Virus record (IMG/VR): IMGVR_UViG_3300010362_000077
Location: 1 to 29,794 of that record
Source of the DNA: a virus
Lineage: Duplodnaviria; Caudoviricetes
Strand: one strand, 5' to 3'
Length of the DNA: 29,794 nt
Part shown: positions 23,735 through 29,794 of the stretch, piece after piece
Position numbering within the stretch: position 1 is the first letter of the stretch
Layout: every line of letters starts with the position of its first letter
The notes under the pieces: generated by a model
Database searches by the model: none
Told to the model about the DNA's origin: nothing
Seen by the model: the letters and a program-made list of their open reading frames with translations, nothing else
Translations under genes and position numbers: made by a program

Positions 23735-26700
23735 ATGGCTTGGACTCCTTCTATCGTTAAGCCTGTTACTCCAAGTAAACCAGCTTGGACGCCATCTGTA
23801 GTTCCGCCTGTATCCACTCAAACAGATGAACCAGATATTGAATCTTACTTTAGCGATTGGAAGAAAGAAGAGCCGAGTGGATTTGGATTGCTTGATGCAT
23901 TGAAATTTGGTTGGGGGAAAGTTAAGGAAGCTGCTGCAAGTGATGTAGGTCAAAGATTCTTACATGGAGATACTCCTAAAGATGCAGAGGCACGAAGACA
24001 GGATATGCTGTCTACGATGTCTCCAGAAGAAAAAGCTAAAGCTTTAGCATTAGAGCAAAGTCATCCAGGTTATAAGCTTGGTCAACAAGTTGGAGGACCA
24101 GAATCAGAAGCTAGCATATTCCCTAAATGGAAATCTCAACCAGAGACATATTGGGGAGGATTTGGCAAGAGTCTCTATGAAGATATCCTTCGCCCTATGG
24201 GTACTCCTAGTGCAATACTAGGTTCAGCACAACCAAAGGGTATTCCAGGTCCAATAACAGAAGTACTTCCTACAGGAACAAAGCTTCCGAATATTAAGAA
24301 CGTAACGCCTAGAGGATTGCCACCAGCACCTACTGAAATTCCACCTATTAATATTACTCCAGATATAGCACCTACTCAAGCAGCAGCAGCTAAACAACAA
24401 ATAGCAATGCCAGATATTTTTGCGCAACAGCCTGCTCAGCAAGCTGGTGTAGTAGCTGGTGAATTAGGAGCAGTACCAACTAATAAGTTAATGTCTGGTC
24501 CTTTAGCTAGAGGATCTGCAATATTAGAATCTGAGAGAGCAACTGGTATTCCTCAAGCTACTACCTTTAGTCCTGCTGAATTAGCAGAACAACAGAGAGT
24601 AGCTGCATTACGTGGAAGTGCTGGTTGGGGTAATACTGTAAGTATTGGTTCTCCAGAATCTGCATTGCCACCTATTGCTGGTGAAACTACCGGTGGATTT
24701 TCCACTGCTAGTAGAGCTAATCTACCATATCCAGAGAATATAGCTCCTGAAGCAGTTAGACCTAGAACTGCACAAGCTAATATCTTACGTACTGCTGGTG
24801 AAACTGCTGGTCCTCGGCAAATGCCTCCTAATGTAGACTTAGGTTCTATTACTCCAGCAGGTAGAACTACTCCATTTGAAAAGGTTGGTCAAGCTCTTGA
24901 ATCACCACCCGGAGCACCAGACTTTACTCAACCAATTCAACCACCGCCACCTACTGAATTACTTCCACCTACTAGAGATGTTAGATCTGCACTTGAGAAA
25001 CAGAAGGCAGTTAGCGGACTAACTGAACCTCCTATTACTCCTAAGCCAGAAGCTAGACAATTTGGTGGAATTAAATCACCTGCTGAAATAAGAGCACAAG
25101 GACAGAAGGTTGCAGAAGAATTAGCAGCTGAAGCAAAGAAGGCACCTACAGTTAGTGAAGCAGCTAAGGCTATTTCTCCAGTTGCTGAGAAAGCTGCTGG
25201 TGTAACTACAAATGTTAATACCTCTCAGGATGCTAAAGATGCAGTAAAGACTTGGGCTACTGGTAGGAAGAATGGAGCTACATTCAAAGGTAGTCTAATT
25301 AAGGATAAATTCAAGGATCTAACTGATCCAGACTTGATTGCTAAGTATGAGGCAGGAGATAGAACTGGAAGACTAGCAGATGTACAGAAGTATTTTGATG
25401 ACAGGTTTGCGGAGGCTGAACAACTTGGTCTAATGGATAAGGATAAGAAGGTTCTTAACTATCTAAGGCATGAATACAATAATACTGCCGAGGAATTTGA
25501 GAAGGCTGTCCAAGGATATGCTAGCAAGACTCCATCTATTACAAAGACTAGAAGATTCCCTACTTATGAAGCTGCAAAGGAAGCTGGCCTAACTCCGAAA
25601 TGGGATAATATGAGTGATTTGATGGAGGCTTACGAGAAGAAGTTCCAGCAAGCCGTTAAAGATAAAGAGTTCATTGATTACCTAGTTCAAACTAAACAAG
25701 TAGATCCAAAGAGTCTAGGTTTAGCACCAGCTAATTGGAAGTTCCAAGGAGCAAATGCTGGAGATTTAGCTAAGTACGTTAGAAATGCTACTCAAGAAGC
25801 TTGGGAACCACTAGCAGTGGCAGCTAAAGTGGCTGGTAAGACGAAGAATATCTATTTAGCAGGTGGTGTACCTTGGACTAAGTACAACATGCATGCTTGG
25901 AATATTCTTCAGAATGATATGAAGTTGAATGGATATGTATCAGGTCTAAAGAAATTCTTCTCTGACCCAACTGGAGCTAAGGCTGCTAAATACCTAGTCG
26001 AAATGCCTGAAGCTGATAAAGAGGTTATGGCTAAGTTGGTAGATAGAGGTTGGCAATTCAGACCAGAAATGGAAGCACCTCTAGTTAAGGCAGAAGGTAC
26101 AGTTGGAAAGATAAAGGAAGGGGCAAAGTGGGTGGAGAAGAAAGGTGAGCAAGTCTTCGAAGATCCATTATTTAAGAGAAGTCTACCTGCATTAAATGCA
26201 GAACGTACTATTAGTACATTCAAGAGATTCATGATGGAAGGAATGCCAGAGGAAGAAGCTCTGAAGGCTGCCGCTCAAATTGGGAATGATTTCTACGGTG
26301 GAGCTAATACAGCAATAAGAAATCCTAATGGCAGGGACATGGCAAGGATTGGAGCACTTGCACCTAACTGGATGGAGTCTCAAGTAACTAAGGCTATTAA
26401 TCAATGGAAGAGTGCTGGTGATGTAGCTAAGTCTCTGGTTAAAGGAGAAGCGGTTAGTCCAGTATCTAAGACTTACGCTAAGTCATTGGCTAGAAGTGCT
26501 GGAATAACTGGTGCTGGTGTTGTAACAGGTGGTGCTTTATCTGCACCAGGTATTAGAGATATTGCAGCGATTCCATTAGGGAAGGATGCCAAGGGAAAAT
26601 CTAGAGTATTCCCCACCCTGACTTCAGCCAACGAAGAATTTAGACTTCTAGGTTCAATTGGATCTGCTATTGCTAAGAAAGATCCGATGGCTATTGTAGA

Positions 26701-27004
26701 TACTCTTGGTAAGAATAGAGTGAGCGTGCCAGTTAAAACTCTTATTAATATCTTTGTAACTAAGAAGGATGATAGAGGTAATCCACTTGCTTATACAGAT
26801 AAGTATGGTAGGCCAATTGGTTGGACTGATGCAGGAAAGAACTATGCGAAGGAAGCACTAAAGCCATTTGAATATCAATTCATTCAAGGACTATTTGACT
26901 ATGCTAAAGGAGATGTTAGCGGAGAGGAAGCAATTGCAAGAGGTGCTGAATTGCCACTTAGCTATACGAAACCTAGAAAGAAAGGCAGTCTATCTGTTCG
27001 GTAA
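23735..27004 (+). CDS. Probable large ejection / internal virion protein 3
   Basis: 1089 aa; Pro/Ala-rich disordered N-terminal half and helical C-terminal half; no Cys; last gene of the late operon, as with T7 gp16/P22 gp16. Confidence 0.7.
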   Translation: MAWTPSIVKPVTPSKPAWTPSVVPPVSTQTDEPDIESYFSDWKKEEPSGFGLLDALKFGWGKVKEAAASDVGQRFLHGDTPKDAEARRQDMLSTMSPEEKAKALALEQSHPGYKLGQQVGGPESEASIFPKWKSQPETYWGGFGKSLYEDILRPMGTPSAILGSAQPKGIPGPITEVLPTGTKLPNIKNVTPRGLPPAPTEIPPINITPDIAPTQAAAAKQQIAMPDIFAQQPAQQAGVVAGELGAVPTNKLMSGPLARGSAILESERATGIPQATTFSPAELAEQQRVAALRGSAGWGNTVSIGSPESALPPIAGETTGGFSTASRANLPYPENIAPEAVRPRTAQANILRTAGETAGPRQMPPNVDLGSITPAGRTTPFEKVGQALESPPGAPDFTQPIQPPPPTELLPPTRDVRSALEKQKAVSGLTEPPITPKPEARQFGGIKSPAEIRAQGQKVAEELAAEAKKAPTVSEAAKAISPVAEKAAGVTTNVNTSQDAKDAVKTWATGRKNGATFKGSLIKDKFKDLTDPDLIAKYEAGDRTGRLADVQKYFDDRFAEAEQLGLMDKDKKVLNYLRHEYNNTAEEFEKAVQGYASKTPSITKTRRFPTYEAAKEAGLTPKWDNMSDLMEAYEKKFQQAVKDKEFIDYLVQTKQVDPKSLGLAPANWKFQGANAGDLAKYVRNATQEAWEPLAVAAKVAGKTKNIYLAGGVPWTKYNMHAWNILQNDMKLNGYVSGLKKFFSDPTGAKAAKYLVEMPEADKEVMAKLVDRGWQFRPEMEAPLVKAEGTVGKIKEGAKWVEKKGEQVFEDPLFKRSLPALNAERTISTFKRFMMEGMPEEEALKAAAQIGNDFYGGANTAIRNPNGRDMARIGALAPNWMESQVTKAINQWKSAGDVAKSLVKGEAVSPVSKTYAKSLARSAGITGAGVVTGGALSAPGIRDIAAIPLGKDAKGKSRVFPTLTSANEEFRLLGSIGSAIAKKDPMAIVDTLGKNRVSVPVKTLINIFVTKKDDRGNPLAYTDKYGRPIGWTDAGKNYAKEALKPFEYQFIQGLFDYAKGDVSGEEAIARGAELPLSYTKPRKKGSLSVR

Positions 27005-27020
27005 ATAGACTGCCTACAAT

Positions 27021-28268
27021 TCAAACTCGCATCTTGAACACTTTCATTTGGGTTTCTTCACGGCCAGTAACGAACTCCTTGTAGTCTGCCAGTGGTCTGC
27101 CAATTAACTGAATTATCCAGTCAGTCTTAGGTCCAGCAATATATCTCTCTCGCTGAACCCAACCTAACTCGATTAAGTCATTAATGATTTGATCGAGCGT
27201 CTGACTGTTGTAATGTCCATAGCCCTTATTCAAGAGCTGTTTTCTAAAGAGTCTGTTTCCTTCTGCTTGAAGCAGGAAGTCTATAACCATCTTGGATTGT
27301 GGAGCAGTAGGGTCTGGGCCTACTCCTTTAGATACCTTCTTGTTTGAGTAGACTAGCTTAGTTACTCTGTCGATGGACTGTATGATATGGTCAGTGTTAA
27401 TCATCAGGCTTATAGTAGGCTCAGCAAGAGATAGACACATGGCAACCTTCAGTACATGGTCTGGTACTCTATTCAAGAATCCAGTTACATCTTGCTCTTG
27501 ATTCTCTCTCCATTCTTTACGCCAGCTATTGAACATGTTCTTTGCATCATCAGATGGAATGAACCTTCCACTGCCTCGATTGATTAGCTCAAGGTGAGTG
27601 ACATACTTCTCAAATGGAAAGTCTTTTATATTGTCGTCATCGTCTAATAGGTCGGTGTCCTTAGCTCTCTTATCTTCTACGACTGTCAACGTTCTGCCTA
27701 TCAATCCTCCCTCGATATTGACTTGAGGTATTGAGTCATAGAAATGAGAAGGACTTGAACCAGCTAGCCAAGTCACATACGGTTCTTTCAGTTTCACTTT
27801 GCCAGCCTTAAGTACCTTAGCCCACTTCTCATTCCAGTGACCATCGTATAAGTCTGTCATTGTAGTTAAACTTAACTGATCTGTAATCAGAGCAGTACTA
27901 AGTTCACCAGCTACAAGGAAGCAGCGAGAATCAAGGATTGGTTCTTTGCCATTCCTTGATGCAGTCTGTCCAAGTTCCTCGATGATACCTTGGATTGAGC
28001 TTGTACCGCTAAACACGCGGGTAACATCAGCAAGGTCAACGAGCTTCTTGGAGAGATTGATTCCAAATCCTTTTCCCAGTCCTGATTCACCCAATAAGAT
28101 TACGAACAAGTTTGGCTTGTAAGTAACCTTTCCCTGCACAGCTTTCAAGTGGTAGTTATTACCAGCAGCGGCTGATATTGCACATACCAAAGACCAGAAC
28201 AACCAGGATCGGGGAGTTTCAACTGCATCACACTCCTCAACTATCTCATCGATCCAGTTCTTGTTCAC
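27021..28268 (-). CDS. DUF3987/YfjI-like P-loop ATPase (putative replicative helicase) with C-terminal wHTH
   Basis: ETPRSW..W....ISAA, PNLFVILLGESGLGKG (Walker A), FLVAGELST (degenerate Walker B), LYDG, GGLIGR, R...HVLKVAM.LS; C-terminal LDQIINDLIELGWV helix-wing; GTG start. Confidence 0.75.
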   Translation of the reverse strand: MNKNWIDEIVEECDAVETPRSWLFWSLVCAISAAAGNNYHLKAVQGKVTYKPNLFVILLGESGLGKGFGINLSKKLVDLADVTRVFSGTSSIQGIIEELGQTASRNGKEPILDSRCFLVAGELSTALITDQLSLTTMTDLYDGHWNEKWAKVLKAGKVKLKEPYVTWLAGSSPSHFYDSIPQVNIEGGLIGRTLTVVEDKRAKDTDLLDDDDNIKDFPFEKYVTHLELINRGSGRFIPSDDAKNMFNSWRKEWRENQEQDVTGFLNRVPDHVLKVAMCLSLAEPTISLMINTDHIIQSIDRVTKLVYSNKKVSKGVGPDPTAPQSKMVIDFLLQAEGNRLFRKQLLNKGYGHYNSQTLDQIINDLIELGWVQRERYIAGPKTDWIIQLIGRPLADYKEFVTGREETQMKVFKMRV

Positions 28269-28694
28269 TCAAGCTATCTCTCCATTTGTCTTGACAATGT
28301 AAATAACCTTTCCAAACCGTCTAGCATATCGAATGGTTGTCCATGTTCCGCTTCTAAGAACTTCCGTGTCTTGTCTAGGCGTAGCAATTAACTTGTCACA
28401 ATTCTGAGCTATGTCTAAGTCTCTATTGAGAGGTGCTTTCTCTGGATGGATTATATCTGCTCCATCATTGTGTGCTCTGGTACTCAAATTGCTTGGCCTG
28501 ATTACTATGCTAGGCGGATTGTTCCCAAGTATGCCACCTTTAATCTTCATGCAGATTTTGTGGAAGTCTGTATCTGATCCATAGCAATCTCCATGTACAA
28601 CTGTATCCGGCTTTAGTTCTCCGAGTAGTCTGACTACTGTTTGGTATTGCTTAGATGTCATTCCTTCTCTTGTGCCAGTGAATCCGATAATCAT
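28269..28694 (-). CDS. SLOG-superfamily (DprA/YspA-like) nucleotide-binding protein
   Basis: IIGFTGTR, VVHGDCYGSD, LNRDLDIA..CDKLIA, RSGTWTTIRYA are SLOG motifs; ATGA overlap with the polymerase stop. Confidence 0.8.
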   Translation of the reverse strand: MIIGFTGTREGMTSKQYQTVVRLLGELKPDTVVHGDCYGSDTDFHKICMKIKGGILGNNPPSIVIRPSNLSTRAHNDGADIIHPEKAPLNRDLDIAQNCDKLIATPRQDTEVLRSGTWTTIRYARRFGKVIYIVKTNGEIA

Positions 28695-29794
28695 GCTAGT
28701 CTCTCTTTCAGTTCGTCGTGTAGCTTGACCTTCTCTAATGCGCCATAGTGTGTGTAGCTTACCTCAACATCAGCAGGGATTATTAGTTTGATATCTCTCT
28801 TCAATGTGCAGTATCGATTGAAGTCAATAGGTCGCTCCATGTGTTTCTGTACTACTCGTGCGTACGGTTCCCAATTATTCTCTGGTGCCTGTAGAACTAG
28901 TGCATCGTGGTTCTCAGAACAGAAGTATACTTCAGCATCTCCAGCAAACTCTTTGTTAGATAGGATAGCAGCACCCTGAACTAAATGACTTACTGTACGC
29001 TGTGGGATATTTGCATAACCCTCTTTCCATAGATCCTCATCATGCTTGGCATAGAAGATTCTAGGAAATCCAAATGGATCTACCAAGCAACGCGTTGAGA
29101 AAAGAGCTTGTTTAATTTGAGCATGAAAGACCTGTTTAACTTTGGGACTTGCTTCGTGGAATATACGTAGCATATCGCCAGCACGCCATTCAGATATCTC
29201 AATCTTGATTCCATATTTCTGTGCATTGGTATTGAACGTGGACATGAAGGTGTGTTTACCAACATCGTAGTTGCCTGCATTCCTGGTAGTCTTTCCTGTA
29301 TATCGTTCTGGTCCATCCTTACTCATTGCATCAGCTAGTGTACATCCGCCACTGAGTTGTAAGCCTTTCGTATACCCAAATATAAGAGCGGCAGTACGCC
29401 TATGAATATCTATGATGCCTGACTCAATTGCTTTCAGTAATTCCCAATCTTCCGATAGAACTGCAACTACTCTTGGCTCAGCTTGGCTAGCATCTAACTG
29501 AACGAACACCTTTCCCTTATCCACTACGAACATGGTTCGTATGTCTTTAGCTAACTCTCCGTGTTTGGATATAGTATGAAAAGGTAGGCCAATCTTTTTT
29601 GGCCTGGTTGGTTTCTTGAGGACGGAAGTCGTACTGCGACACGTCTCTGTACCCATGACATTGAAGTAAGTCTTGCATCGATTATCATAGTCAGGGGTGA
29701 AATTGATTTGCCTAGATATCTGGTCACGAATTCTTCTGTCACGCAACAACTTGATGAGGACCGACTTCTTAAGTTCAGAGTCTTTTCCTTTGCA
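28691..29794 (-). CDS. polA: DNA polymerase family A, polymerase domain (5' end beyond window)
   Basis: The frame is open to the window edge. It contains TETCRSTTS (TxTGRLSS-like), IRTMFV, motif A QLDASQAEPRVVA, DIH, motif B RYTGKTTRNAGNY, FGFPR, ANIPQ and motif C NHDAL. Confidence 0.93.
   Translation of the reverse strand, partial: CKGKDSELKKSVLIKLLRDRRIRDQISRQINFTPDYDNRCKTYFNVMGTETCRSTTSVLKKPTRPKKIGLPFHTISKHGELAKDIRTMFVVDKGKVFVQLDASQAEPRVVAVLSEDWELLKAIESGIIDIHRRTAALIFGYTKGLQLSGGCTLADAMSKDGPERYTGKTTRNAGNYDVGKHTFMSTFNTNAQKYGIKIEISEWRAGDMLRIFHEASPKVKQVFHAQIKQALFSTRCLVDPFGFPRIFYAKHDEDLWKEGYANIPQRTVSHLVQGAAILSNKEFAGDAEVYFCSENHDALVLQAPENNWEPYARVVQKHMERPIDFNRYCTLKRDIKLIIPADVEVSYTHYGALEKVKLHDELKERLA

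Noticed and set aside
23273-23953. 226-aa minus-strand ORF (and other antisense ORFs such as 1983-2510, 10268-10639, 14684-15079)
   Set aside because: These are shadows of strongly coding + strand genes, with Ser/Phe/Cys-rich unnatural composition and no RBS or motifs.
27005-27020. Bidirectional terminator at the convergence of late and replication modules
   Set aside because: The gap is only 16 nt, and I could not find a convincing hairpin with U-tracts.
1-29794. tRNA genes, CRISPR array, integrase/att site
   Set aside because: The window is nearly all coding. No cloverleaf/TTCGA-arm context, regularly spaced repeats or recombinase motifs were seen by eye.

Overview
This is a 29.8 kb fragment of a tailed dsDNA phage with podovirus-like (short-tail, P22/T7-style) organisation. 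The + strand (1-27004) is one almost gap-free late/morphogenesis block. In order it holds small accessory genes, terminase large subunit, portal, scaffold, major capsid, a structured intergenic element, adaptor, tail nozzle, a cluster of tail/fibre genes, a GNAT-like gene and three probable ejection (internal virion) proteins. The - strand (27021-end) converges on it with a replication module: a family A DNA polymerase (truncated by the window edge), a SLOG-fold protein and a DUF3987-like P-loop ATPase. The most unusual feature is a set of three free-standing single-motif LAGLIDADG endonuclease genes placed into gene junctions of the late operon, with no room for an intron and no intein. Other notable features are an Acb2/Tad1-like candidate anti-defence sponge, a PolA with Asn at the E. 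coli Phe762-equivalent site, a Zn-ribbon inserted in the portal, and a repeated 'C-terminal domain | N-terminal peptide' unit across two fibre-gene junctions. No tRNA, rRNA, CRISPR array, integrase or reverse transcriptase was seen. All family calls come from motif recognition by eye and from gene order, not from database searches.
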